DNA of 63,593 nt, filler included, from Octopus bimaculoides (taxonomy: Eukaryota): the NCBI RefSeq assembly GCF_001194135.2. It is 7 parts of 7 records of this genome, joined end to end, with 100 filler letters (N's around TTAATTAATTAA, not from the genome) between each part and the next. Parts side by side here need not be neighbours in the genome. Positions count along the whole stretch, not along the records: positions 14,767 to 19,744 come from NC_069003.1; positions 19,845 to 23,868 come from NC_068999.1; positions 23,969 to 40,734 come from NC_068988.1; 4 more parts are not named here. The stretch is one strand, 5' to 3'. The stretch's first letter is position 1; each line of letters starts with the position of its first letter. Under the pieces are notes generated by a model that saw only the letters and a program-made list of their open reading frames with translations, did not search any database and was not told the DNA's origin. Of the stretch, positions 14,767-26,889 are shown piece by piece. A program made the position numbers and the translations under genes.

Positions 14767-14963
14767 TTTTGAGGTCGATAAATTAAGTACTAGTGAAACA
14801 CTGGGGTCTACGTAATCGACTAGCCCCCTCCCCACAAATTTCAGGCCTTGTGCTAATAGTAGAAAGAGTTATTATTATTAATAATATTTAGCAGAAGTAA
14901 CAGAGTGACTCAAGATCTAAGAGTTTCGTGCGTTGGCACATATACAAACATACACATGCACAC

Positions 14964-14994
<31 letters not shown>

Positions 14995-15099
14995 TGTATG
15001 TATTTATGTATGTAGGTATGTATGCATGTAGGTATATATGTGTGTGTATGATGTGTGTGTGTGTGTGTGTGCGTTGCTTTCTATAGTCATTAGACTGCA

Positions 15100-15584
15100 G
15101 CCATGCGGGAAAGCTGCCTTAAACGAGTCGAACCCACATATTTTTTAAACCTCGTAACTTATTCCATCACACTCCATCATCGAACTGCCAAGTTACGAGG
15201 ACGCAAAACACCAACACCGATTCAAACATATACACACACACACACAGACACACATGACGGGCTTCTTTCAGTTTCCGTTTACCAAATCCACTCAGAAGGC
15301 TTTAGTCGGCCTGAAACCATCATAGAAGACATGTGCCGAAAGCGCCACATAGTGGAACTGAGCACGAAACCATGTGGTGTGGAAGCAATCTTCTTACCAC
15401 ATAGCCATGCATGCGGCTATGTGTATAGCTGTGTGTGTGTGTATGTATATGTACGTAAATATCACTCCCACTGCATAGTACCTTCGACAGGTGTCTTCTA
15501 CTGTACCCGCAGACCAACCAAAGCCTTGTGAGTGGATTTGGTAGACGGAAACTGAAAGAAGGCCGTCGCATATATATGTATACA

Positions 15585-15626
<42 letters not shown>

Positions 15627-15821
15627 AATTTGTGTCTGTGTTTGTCCTCCCCCCATCACTGCTTCACAACCGGTGTTGGTGTGTTTACGACTGATGGAAT
15701 AAGTACCAGGATTAAAAATAAGTACTGGGGTCGATTCATTCGGCTAAAAGTTCAAAGAGTTACCCTAGCATGGTCGAGGTCTAATGACTGCAACAAGTAA
15801 AAGATATAAAAGATAATGTGC

Positions 15822-15882
<61 letters not shown>

Positions 15883-16042
15883 TAGATTCAGGTGAATATG
15901 GTAGTTAAGTTTAGGCAGCAGAAATAAATATGGTATTATCCATACAGTTTCAAAATAAGGTGATTAAAATCAAAATAAGCAACAAGGATGTCCAAAGTAT
16001 TGCATTAACTTTGGATATCCTTGTTGTTTATTTTGATTTATA

Positions 16043-16075
<33 letters not shown>

Positions 16076-17030
16076 ATACATATATCATACTTACATTCAT
16101 ATATATATATACATGCATATATATATATATATATATACACACATAAAGACACAGGTTTCCAGGTTCAATCGCACTGCGTGGGACCTTGAATGAGTGTCTT
16201 CTACTATAGCCTCGGCCGACCAAAGCCTTGACAGTGGACTTGGTAGGCGGAAACTGAAAGAAGCACGTCGTGTGTGTGCGTGTGTGTGTGCGTGCGTGTT
16301 TGTCCCCACACCGCCCGTTGTGATTTGTTTACATCCTAGTAACTTAGTGGTTCGGTAAAGAGACTGATTGAATTGGTAGAAGACTTAAAACATTAACTTT
16401 GATCTATTTTGCGTATTAACATAAATATTATTATTACTTTTACCGCGCAAACGGCCAAAGCCTAACAACCAATGAGTGAAGCAAGGCTCTTTCCATTGAT
16501 GTCCAGATATCTTCAACGTCCACAGACATTTGAAAGTCCTATGGCACAGGACTTTGGAGTCTCTTTAACGGAAATGGAATATCGTTAAGAATGAGAAATG
16601 GTGAGAACTCCTGGAAGGCATAGGCGTAGCTATGTGATAGAATGTTTGCTTGTCAACCACATGGTTCCCGGTTCCGTCCCACCATGTGGAACGTTGGGCA
16701 AGTGTTTTCTATTATAGCATTGTGCCGTCCAAAACCTTGTGAATCGATTTCGTGAACGGAAACTGAAAAAAGCCCGTCCGGTGTGTGTGTGTGTGTGTGT
16801 GTGTGTGCACGCACGCGTGCGTGTGTGCCTTTGTATTTGTATCCCGTCAGCGCTTGACAACAGCTGTTGGTTTGTTCACATTTCCATATCTAGCTGTTCG
16901 ACAAAAAGACACCGGGAGAATAAGTACCAGATTCAAAAAAAGTTCCTGAGTCGATTTGCTCAACTAAATCTTCCGTATGGTGCCCATTATGGCCGAAGTC
17001 CAATGACGGAAACAAATGGGAGATAAAGAT
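15100..17030. mobile_element. Cluster of at least four tRNA-SINE copies in both orientations
   Basis: Same family as 3265-3731: minus copy at about 15255-15420 and plus copies at about 15405-15800, 16140-16390 and 16620-17030. Confidence 0.85.
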
Positions 17031-17351
17031 ATAAATATATATATATGACCTCATGAGAAAAAATTCATGCTAGAGACATGGAATCCCTTGTTTGCTACCG
17101 AATGAAAGGATATCGCACATAAACTGACCCTTTTCGGACACAACTGGTCAAGGGAAGATAATTCCATCTCACCCAGAAAGGTTTTTCGCTTTGAAGAATT
17201 TCGTTCTGGTGGGGTTTTTTTATTATTATTACAACCATTGCTGACCAAGAGTGTATTCTTATCTCCATTAGTAAAGAGCAATGATAGACGTGAAACCAAT
17301 GGTAACTTTCTGACTAACCATAACCAATAACTACTTTAAATCTTAATGATC

Positions 17352-17402
<51 letters not shown>

Positions 17403-17422
17403 CGTGTGCGCGCGTGTGTATT

Positions 17423-17594
17423 AAATAAATGACAAAAGAATAGGAACTTATGCAATTGGCTTCATTAGCTTACAACTGTTTCAGCTAAAAGGTGCAGTGC
17501 ATTCAGAGCTAAAAGCATTGCACCTTATAGCAGAAAAACAGCTGTAAGCTAATGAAGTCCCTCGTATAATTTCGAGGTACTTTGTCATTTATTT
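17423..17594. repeat. Imperfect foldback palindrome (about 172 bp)
   Basis: AAATAAATGACAAA / TTTGTCATTTATTT; CTTCATTAGCTTACAACTGTTT / AAACAGCTGTAAGCTAATGAAG; AGCTAAAAGGTGCAGTGC / GCATTGCACCTTATAGC around a loop of about 14 nt. Confidence 0.9.
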
Positions 17595-17730
17595 CATTTC
17601 ATATTACTATCTGTACCCAACTAACGGTTTATCCCGATGCATATGTATATTTATTTGTAACACTAGTGTTTTAGTATCGCTACGCCTAAGCGAAACATTA
17701 ATACATACATACATACATACACGCACACAC

Positions 17731-17762
<32 letters not shown>

Positions 17763-18784
17763 CATAAATATACAGGGATTAGCATTGAGTTGCTTCTCCA
17801 ACATACTGAAAATTTAGAAATAGCAGTCAAAGAACTACTGCTTCTAAACTACAATTTTTTCTCTAAACGGATGTCGATATTTATGGCACACATAGAACAA
17901 AAAACCGGAGAGAAAAGCAAAAACAAACCTGCCTTTAGTTAATTGGATACGACGTTTCATGGTTAAGAGTATGNNNNNNNNNNNNNNNNNNNNNNNNNNN
18001 NNNNNNNNNNNNNNNNNNNNNNNNNNNNNNNNNNNNNNNNNNNNNNNNNNNNNNNNNNNNNNNNNNNNNNNNNNNNNNNNNNNNNNNNNNNNNNNNNNNN
18101 NNNNNNNNNNNNNNNNNNNNNNNNNNNNNNNNNNNNNNNNNNNNNNNNNNNNNNNNNNNNNNNNNNNNNNNNNNNNNNNNNNNNNNNNNNNNNNNNNNNN
18201 NNNNNNNNNNNNNNNNNNNNNNNNNNNNNNNNNNNNNNNNNNNNNNNNNNNNNNNNNNNNNNNNNNNNNNNNNNNNNNNNNNNNNNNNNNNNNNNNNNNN
18301 NNNNNNNNNNNNNNNNNNNNNNNNNNNNNNNNNNNNNNNNNNNNNNNNNNNNNNNNNNNNNNNNNNNNNNNNNNNNNNNNNNNNNNNNNNNNNNNNNNNN
18401 NNNNNNNNNNNNNNNNNNNNNNNNNNNNNNNNNNNNNNNNNNNNNNNNNNNNNNNNNNNNNNNNNNNNNNNNNNNNNNNNNNNNNNNNNNNNNNNNNNNN
18501 NNNNNNNNNNNNNNNNNNNNNNNNNNNNNNNNNNNNNNNNNNNNNNNNNNNNNNNNNNNNNNNNNNNNNNNNNNNNNNNNNNNNNNNNNNNNNNNNNNNN
18601 NNNNNNNNNNNNNNNNNNNNNNNNNNNNNNNNNNNNNNNNNNNNNNNNNNNNNNNNNNNNNNNNNNNNNNNNNNNNNNNNNNNNNNNNNNNNNNNNNNNN
18701 NNNNNNNNNNNNNNNNNNNNNNNNNNNNNNNNNNNNNNNNNNNNNNNNNNNNNNNNNNNNNNNNNNNNNNNNNNNNNNNNNNNN

Positions 18785-18826
<42 letters not shown>

Positions 18827-18920
18827 GACATAGGTAGTACTGATACTTTTTGTGCAAAATGCACTCATGTTTATTATGGCTAGCGAGGAGATAAATCCCC
18901 GCTAAATCCAGCGCCGAGAC

Positions 18921-18965
18921 CACTAGATCATGTGGTTTCGACCTTGTTTGATCTTGTCAATGATA
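18921..18965 (-). ncRNA. Degenerate type I hammerhead-ribozyme-like motif
   Basis: The minus strand reads TTGACAA-GATC-AAACAA-GGTC-GAAA-CC-ACAT-GAT-C. The core CTGACGA appears decayed to TTGACAA, while stem II and GAAA are intact. Confidence 0.35.
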
Positions 18966-19269
18966 GACACTCGACCGCTAGCGACTCATCTCTCCACCAG
19001 CGATACATAGATTGACAGTGCCAGAACAGGCGCTGGTGTCTTGATTAACCAGTGAACTTGTTAAAAATACATATTAGCGACAGAGGTAGTATTAATACCT
19101 CGGGGTAATATTTATCCCCACTTAAACGTGGTCTTCTGGCTTTTTGGTACAACTAGTGATATAAACAAGAGTGCATGTTGCACCAAAAAGCCAACATGAC
19201 AGTTTCTCTCATGATAACTACCACAGAAAATTATAAGTGGGAATAAATATTAATACACACACACACATG

Positions 19270-19332
<63 letters not shown>

Positions 19333-19393
19333 GTATGTATGTATACATATATATATACATATACACACATACAAACATACATAAATACATAAA

Positions 19394-19563
19394 TATATTT
19401 GAAGAAAGAAAAGAATGACTTCACTGGTAGTTCCAATCAGTTTAATTTATTGCTTTCTAATTTATTAATAATATAATAATTAATATCATTAAAAATTAAA
19501 AAAATAATAAATTAAACTGATTAGAACTACCAGTGAAGTCATTCTTTTTCTTTTTCAAATATA
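19394..19563. repeat. Near-perfect foldback palindrome (arms about 62 bp, AT-rich spacer about 45 bp)
   Basis: TATATTTGAAGAAAGAAAAGAATGACTTCACTGGTAGTTCCAATCAGTTTAATTTATT is mirrored by AATAAATTAAACTGATTAGAACTACCAGTGAAGTCATTCTTTTTCTTTTTCAAATATA. Confidence 0.95.
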
Positions 19564-19616
19564 CTTAACTGTACCAAGGCTCTCACACATTTTCCAACAC
19601 GCACAAACACACACAT

Positions 19617-19649
<33 letters not shown>

Positions 19650-19844
19650 AAAGATAATAAGAGTGAAAAAACTACAGAAGGCTTGTGTTACATGGTTAAA
19701 GTATATATTTAAATTATGTCAGAAAAATGTTATAAAATCTTTTTNNNNNNNNNNNNNNNNNNNNNNNNNNNNNNNNNNNNNNNNNNNNTTAATTAATTAA
19801 NNNNNNNNNNNNNNNNNNNNNNNNNNNNNNNNNNNNNNNNNNNN

Positions 19845-19889
<45 letters not shown>

Positions 19890-20194
19890 ATGTGTGTGTG
19901 TCTTTGTTTCTCCCCATCACTGCTTGACAACTGGTGTTGGTGTGTTTACTTCCCTGTAACTTAGCAGTTCGGCAAAAGAAACCAATAAAATAAGTACTAG
20001 GCTTAAAGAATAAATCAAGTCCTGGGGTTGATTTGTTTGATTTGTCTCAGTCATTTGCCTACATGGTTGCAGGCAAATGACTGAGACAAGTAAAAGAATA
20101 AAAGAATATAAAAGAATACAAGAATACAAGACCAGAAGTTTGTGGGGAAGGGGAATAGTTGATGAAATCAACTCTGATACTTGACTTTATTTTA

Positions 20195-20625
20195 TTGGTT
20201 CAAGGTGAGGATAGAGTGGTAGAGTGGTATGATGGTTGGTTGGGATGGTATAGAGCAGGTTGAGATGGGGGGGGGTAGAATAAGGAGTAGGATAGGTGTG
20301 GGGTAGGGGTAGGGTGGAGCAGGATGAGGTGGAGTAGCACTATGGCAAGGTAAGGTGGGGATCAGGTAGAGAAGGGATGGATGGGTAGAGTGGGGAGTCA
20401 GGAGGAATAAGGTGGAGACAGGGCAGTGGGACGGGGGTAGAGTGGTGGAGGAGTGGAGGCTTTACAATTGTGGATGGGAGAATATGGTAGGAAGACTGGG
20501 CTGAATAAGATAAATGGAAGGTTAAGGTAGTAGAAGGATAAGGTAGGGGAAGGATAAGGTAGGGGGATGGATATGGTCGGTTGGGGAGGGGGTAGGATAA
20601 AGTTGGGATGAGGATAGGGTACCAT
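20195..20625. repeat. G/A-rich degenerate simple repeat with G-tracts
   Basis: Strong strand asymmetry with many GGG runs (e.g. GGGGTAGGGGTAGGG). A similar purine-rich tract lies at about 55780-56380. Confidence 0.7.
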
Positions 20626-21271
20626 CCATATTCTGCATCATGAAACCAAGGCAGATGCGCTAGCCACTATTTCTTTGTGCCACAAATACTCTCTACTTAT
20701 ATGTAACTCTGATTTGTGTGGGGATGGATTGAAGAATTAAGGTAAATAGGGACAGAGAAAAAGTTGGAGATGGGGTTTGGGCAGAATATCAATTCTGGTA
20801 AATTCATTTATTGTAAATAGTCATAATTCATTCATAAACTTATTTTTTACTTTCTTTTTTTTTTACATCAACCATTTCTTGGGTTGATGGATTTAAAGAG
20901 GCCCTCCGTTGACAGAAACCTCGCCTGTTCCCATACAAGATAATATTTCCCATAGCCTTAAGGTGGTGAGCTGGCAGAATCATTAGCATGCTGGGCAAAA
21001 TCCCAATCAAGTACTGGGAGTTGATGATATGGAATCACCCTCTCCTTGAAATTTTGGGTCTTGTGCCTATGTTAGAATTTCTTTTATTATCATTAATGAC
21101 AGCTCATAAAGTGAACATTGATTAACAGCGATGAACAATCTTGAGTAGCTTTTGTTGGTCAGCAACAGATAGTCTTTGATATGTCTAAACTAAACTGGGG
21201 TGTTTGACAGAATCAAGAGATATTTTGTCCTAAAGAATTAATACATTTACATTTTATGAGTTAGTCAAATT

Positions 21272-21475
21272 TTGGCACAAGGCCAGCAATTTTTTTAGGG
21301 GAGGGTTTAGTTAATTACATTGACCCCCAATGTTCCACTGGTACTTATTTTATTGACCCTGAAAGGATAAACAGCAAAATCAACCTTGTTGGAATTTGAA
21401 CTCAGAATGTAAAGAACCAAAAGAAATGCTAAGCATTTTGAGCGCCAATGATTCTGTCGGCTCACTGCCTTTGTT
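21272..21475 (-). mobile_element. Second tRNA-derived SINE family (GGCGGCGAGCTGGCAGAATCGTTAGC... head)
   Basis: Copies or fragments also lie at about 5144-5250, 14767-14870, 20961-21080, 24265-24402, 35645-36055 and 59590-59660. Confidence 0.8.
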
Positions 21476-22385
21476 TCACCAAGTATATCAATTCGTTTTT
21501 AAAGCTGGGTCGACAAATAAGAGAGTTCTTTGGAAATTTGGTAAAGAAATAGTTCTTCAGAAATTTAGGCCCTTTTATAATCAATTAAAGCCAGAGTTTC
21601 ACAACTGAATTCATTCTAAAACACTTAACCATCAAACCATGAAGATTCAGTTCTTGATGCTAATACCAGAAAGCAAAGTGAATTGATTCCAACCAGAAAC
21701 TGAAACCCAACACTGTAGTCATTTCCATGTTAAGCTTATTTTTTGTTCTATAATACACCTCTTCCAAAGTTTAACATTGATTTATTTTAGCTATACACAA
21801 GACAATTGTGTGACACACATTTTCTGTCTGCATCAGAAAATAGTAAAAACAAAATTTAGGGGAAGAACCGTTCGTATTGTACGAGAATATAAAATCTTTA
21901 GAAGAAAAAGAAATATCCAGTTTATAACTGGGGGTTATCAGGGCCAGGCCTGAGAGTAACTTCGTTGTCGTTCGACAAGCTAAAAATAGCAACCAAATCG
22001 CTTTCAAATTACATCCTACCATCTTGAAAATTGAAGGACATATCGTAAAATGCCGCCATAGATTTTCGATGTCAGAATGAAGGACGAGATGATTATGGCT
22101 GGAATTTCTTTGACCATGGAACTATTAAATAACAACAAATAATATCAACTGGAAGTTATTTTTATAGATTCAGTGCGGTGCAAAATAAGGTCCGGCTCTG
22201 GTGGAATTTGAACTCGAAAGATTGAGTAACGAAACACATCAATATATCACTTAAATACGTTGTAGATGTTTTTGCAGTTGTTCCGCCGTTCCTTATTTAT
22301 TCATATTTATTCCTGTTGATGTATTTAGCATAGCTATTCTTCATGAATAAAATCGATATAAATTTTGTTTGTTATTTTCTTTCAG

Positions 22386-22512
22386 AGATCGCCCGATTTT
22401 TATAACTCAGGAAATATCACGCATGCTTCGCAAGTGTTTAGAAAACATGGGTACACCCTTGTATTTAGGTGTGTCTAGCGGATATGAAACAACTAATAAA
22501 ATATTGAAATGA
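22386..22512 (+). CDS. Probable terminal coding exon, possibly of the CFAP221-like gene
   Basis: Strong acceptor TTGTTATTTTCTTTCAG and frame DRPIFITQEISRMLRKCLENMGTPLYLGVSSGYETTNKILK* (TGA at 22510-22512), with AATAAA at about 22495, 22617 and 22642. It is separated from the upstream exons by two linkers. Confidence 0.5.
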
Positions 22513-23519
22513 CAACTAGGAATGTTTAAAAGAAATACGCAAGCCCGTAATACGTTTAATGGGAAAAAACAATTTATAAGCAAATATTTTTTGAACATTT
22601 ACGCAGTTTTTTGTTGAAATAAAACAAATATTTTAATATAAATAAATGAAATAGACGTGACAAATGTTTTTCCCAACCTCTAATACATAATATTATACGA
22701 CACATGATTCGTTTCCACGATGTTTCTAAACGGTAGTTTTCCTTGAAATTTAGGAGTTCTGGTTTCATACATACATACATACACACATACATACATACAG
22801 TGCAGGCGTGGCTGGGTGGTAGGAAGCTTACTCCCAACAACATGATTCTGGTTTCGGTTCCACTGCGTGGCAACTTGGGCAAGAGTTTTCAGCCTTGTGA
22901 GTGGATTTGGTAGACAGAAACTGAAAGAAGCCCATTGCATATGTAAATGTGCATATATCTATGTATGTTTTGTCTTTATCCTCCACCACTGCTTGACAAC
23001 CAGTCAGTGTTGGTGTGTTAGGTCCATGTAACTTATTAGTTCAGTAAAAAAAGGATTGGCAAAATAAGTACCAAGTTTTAAAAATAAATAAATACTGGGG
23101 TCAATTCGTTTGACTAAACATTTTTCAAGGCGGTGACCCAGTATGACCACGGTGTTTTCGAAATAATCTGCCTCCCCTTCCCCCTCTCTCACTGACTCGT
23201 TCGTCTGGTTTGAGAAGACCAGATGGCACCCCCACCTCTCTCTCTCTTTGTTTGTGTACAATTGTTGCTAACCTCGTTCCACTTTCTGACCCGAACAAGG
23301 GCAATCCCATAATTCCTCAGTTAGCCAACCAAAATGGTGGAATAACGTGGCGGTAAGTTTGAATTTTTTTTTTTTATCCAAAGCATCTGTTTGCACTATT
23401 TTATTTTTGGAGTGTTCTGAAAACAAAAATATCATCTATATTATATTTCTTATTTCAGAAGTAGCTAATTAATCTTAAATTAATTTGACTAACGTTATTT
23501 TTTCGTTTTGTTGAAATTG

Positions 23520-23868
23520 ACTCAGATGCAAGCTTTTTGGACACATCATTGAAAATCCTGAAGCATGGGATGATACCACCATAAATTCAGCAATTGGATT
23601 CTTACACACTTTAAAAGCTCCTGATTTCTTATGTTTTGTTAGAAGTATTCAGTGATATTTTTTTCTTTTACTGACGTCTTATTTAACATCCTCCAGAGTA
23701 AAAGTCATGACATAGTGTATTGTAAAGAGCAAATAGATAAAACTAGAACTGTACTTGAAAACAAACTTGATAATTTTTCAATCTTTTATGATATGTTAGG
23801 GGGAAAATATGGAGTCGATGCAGGAATCGGAATTCAGAGATCCAAGAATATATCTATTGAGCCCCAAC
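23520..23868 (+). mobile_element. hAT transposase remnant
   Basis: Frameshifted translation SAIGFLHTLKAPDF...FTDVLFNILQSKSHDIVYCKEQIDKTRTVLENKLDNFSIFYDM resembles ZMYM1-like hAT transposases. It is cut by a linker. Confidence 0.65.
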
Positions 23869-24202
23869 NNNNNNNNNNNNNNNNNNNNNNNNNNNNNNNN
23901 NNNNNNNNNNNNTTAATTAATTAANNNNNNNNNNNNNNNNNNNNNNNNNNNNNNNNNNNNNNNNNNNNGATAGCAGTGGGAGTAATGATAAGAGAGAGTG
24001 ATAGAGTGGGTATGTGAGAGGAAGAGGGAGATGATGTTTAACAATGTCTCTCTGACAGAAATTCCTGTGGCCAACATACTGAGCCAACTACTGAACACTA
24101 TCATTTTTGTTTTATTTTTTTACTTTCTTTCACACACACACACATATATGTATATATAAAATACACTTTAATTGAAATAAAGTTTCCCTAAAATTAAACG
24201 TA

Positions 24203-24971
24203 TCTAATATAATAAATGTGAATGTCAGTGTGTCACATTTTTTCAACTTTAATAAATCTTTTCTACTGGCCTCAAATTTTGGGGAAGGGATTAAGTCGAT
24301 TACATCGACCTCGGCGGAATTCCAGCTCAAAACCTTACGGCGGACGTAATACCGCTAAGCATTTCGCCCGGAGTGCTAACGATTCTGCCAGCTCGCCGCC
24401 TTAATATAATATAATAATATATAATAGATGTGAATGTCAGTGTGTGTCACACTTTTGCAACTTTCCTCCTAGAAGCCGTAGCTCAACATATACCATTTGT
24501 GAATCATGCTGACTCTGTGAGTAAATTAAAAATATTCCAGGCCGAATCCGGACCCACAATCCTGAAATTTTAGATTCCCAAGTTTTCAATACTGTGATTG
24601 TTTTCGGCAGTTTTTTTACATAACCTTTTTGCGACGAATATTTTTGTACGATAACAATTTTTATAATCTAAAAAGCCAACTCTGTGAGTGAATTAAAAAC
24701 ACTCCGGGCCGAATCCGGACCTGCAATCCTGAAATTTTGGATTCCTCTGTTTTCATTACTGTGATTGTTTTCAGTGATTTTTTTTACGTGATTTTTTCTT
24801 TTTTTTTTTTTTTTTGCAACGAATATGATCATCATTGGGATATGACACTGGAGGAAGCAATTGCAACAAATTCTCCAAAACAAATTAGAAATCTGTTTGA
24901 AGATCTTTCCATTCGGGGTCAGTTGCTTAAAAGCTATACACTAGCCGCTTATCGGGTGGCTTTTAAGCTAG
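24203..24971 (+). mobile_element. Non-autonomous Helitron with a Rep/helicase remnant, an internal 167-bp duplication and a nested SINE
   Basis: 5' A|TCTAATATAATAAATGTG; 3' hairpin AGCCGC-TTATCG-GGTGGCT then CTAG|T (24968-24972). Internal peptide DHHWDMTLEEAIATNSPKQIRNLF resembles the Helitron W..TL.EA...P.QLR.LF motif. ACTCTGTGAG units start at 24512 and 24679. Confidence 0.75.
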
Positions 24972-25562
24972 TATTTTTTAACTTACGATGAAAATAAAGT
25001 TTGCTTTAGAAGCGTTGAGATGTATTGAAAGATACAGAAATTATTTATTCTCAAACGCATGATAATGGTAATACAATAGCAATATTTATTCTCAAACATA
25101 TATATGACGGGCTTCTTTCGGCAAAAGTGGTTTGGCAAAAGACACCAACAAAATAAGTACCTGGTTTAAAATAATAAGTTCTAGGGTGGATTTGTTTGAC
25201 TAAAACCCTTCAAGGTGGTGCCCCAGCATGGCCACAGTCAAGTGAGTGAAACAAGTAAAAGAAAAAGATAATGTAGTTGATGCAGAAAAAGAAATGAACT
25301 ACTTAGGGAATAAAGAATTTAGAGACACTATTAAGTAGTGTCTTTCCTGTCTTTTTCCTCTAGACATAGTATATCTAAGACTACACTTTCTAATGTGTCC
25401 TTCCTTTTTTAAAACAGCGGAAAACAGGATCTGTTTCTCAGTTTAACATTACTACCTGGCTCTCTGGTATGTTAAGTGGAGGAATCCAGTGTTAGGAGAG
25501 TTCAGGCCAGGTCTCTGGCCTGGGGAGACTTTCCTCCTACCCTTGAACCAGTCTTGAAAGTC

Positions 25563-26674
25563 TTGAAAATCGACAAAATTTGGCATCGTGGTATTATCAA
25601 GTACCTGCAGAAAAAAGGTTTAGCCCCTAAATACATTCACGCTGACATGGTTGCTACATAAGAGGATGATGCTTCAGCTTTATCAACAGTGCAAAAGTGG
25701 GTGGCTGAATTTATGAGGGGAAGGGAGATTCTTGAAGATGACCCAACGCTTGGATGTCTTGCAACTGCCACCACCGAGGAAAACATCGATCGTGTTCACC
25801 ACATGTTGATGGATGACAGACGATTGACTACATATCAAAGAGCCAATGCTATTAGTATATCCCGTAAGCAAGTTGACAATATTTAGCACAATAAATATGG
25901 TATGATGAAGGTTTCTGCTCGGTGATTGTCACGTCTTCTGAGACCTAATCAGAAGCGCACCTGACTGATCACATCACAAGAACATCTGACATTGTTTTAG
26001 GCAGATCCAGCTGGTTCCCTTGAATGCTTCTTAACCCAGGATGAGCGTTGGGTTCATCACTTTGAACCGGAGATGAGAAGAAAATCCATACAGTGAAAAC
26101 ACCTGTCCTCACCTGCTCCAAAGAAAATCAAGGTGGTTTCATCTCAGAGAAGATGCGGACCTCAGTGTTTGGAGATGCAAAAGGCATTGTGTTTATTGCC
26201 TATCTTCAAAAGAGCTACACCATCAATGGAGAGTACTTTGGCAACTTACTGAGTCAGTTATTAAAGATTATCAACACCAAATGCCCAGGGAAACTGACGA
26301 AATGAAGTTTGTTTCATCAAGAGAATGCTCCAGCACATAGGTCCTTAGTTTCAGTGACTGCAGTACGTGACTGTGGCTTTGAACTGGTTGACCAGCCTCC
26401 CTATTCTCTTGACTATCATCTAACTATCATCTCTTACGCAGCATGATAAAACACTTGGCTGGAAGCCAGTATTGCAGTGATGTTGACGTCATATCTGCTG
26501 TTGATGTTTTTGAGCAACAGGATGAAAGCATTTTCACTAACTGGATCCAAGCTCGCAACTATAACGAAAGAAGTGTGCAGATCGTAAGGCGGACTGTGTT
26601 GAAAAATAAACCTCATTTGGTTACATTGCATGAGAGTATTCTGGTCATCCTGCGACCTTTTCTGCCGACCCTCG
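25563..26674 (+). mobile_element. Degenerate mariner transposon (transposase pseudogene)
   Basis: KIWHRGIIKYL...TVQKWVAEF...LEDDP (HTH), TQDERWVHHFEPE, VFGDAKGIVFIAYLQKSYTINGEY, ENAPAH, PPYS, with multiple stops and frameshifts. Ends ...CCCTCG|TA. The left TIR was not identified. Confidence 0.92.
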
Positions 26675-26826
26675 TAAATTTTTTTATAAATCAAGAAATG
26701 ATGTATGATATTTGGTGTAACTCTACTTATCTATGTTGCTTATATACATGCAACTTGCCAAACTGAATTATTTCATTTAGCTCAGGATATAAACAACACA
26801 GGGATCTATGTATACACACACACACA

Positions 26827-26889
<63 letters not shown>

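Noticed and set aside
16472-16590. Small ORF MSEARLFPLMSRYLQRPQTFESPMAQDFGVSLTEMEYR
   Set aside because: No usable in-phase acceptor/donor pair, only 38 aa, and sandwiched between SINEs.
20876-20950. QPFLGLMDLKRP resembling the next CFAP221 exon (NPNPGL)
   Set aside because: The pyrimidine tract ends in CAT rather than AG, the frame stops early, and the reverse complement matches a common repeat (GGAAATATTA..CTTG..GGAACAGG).
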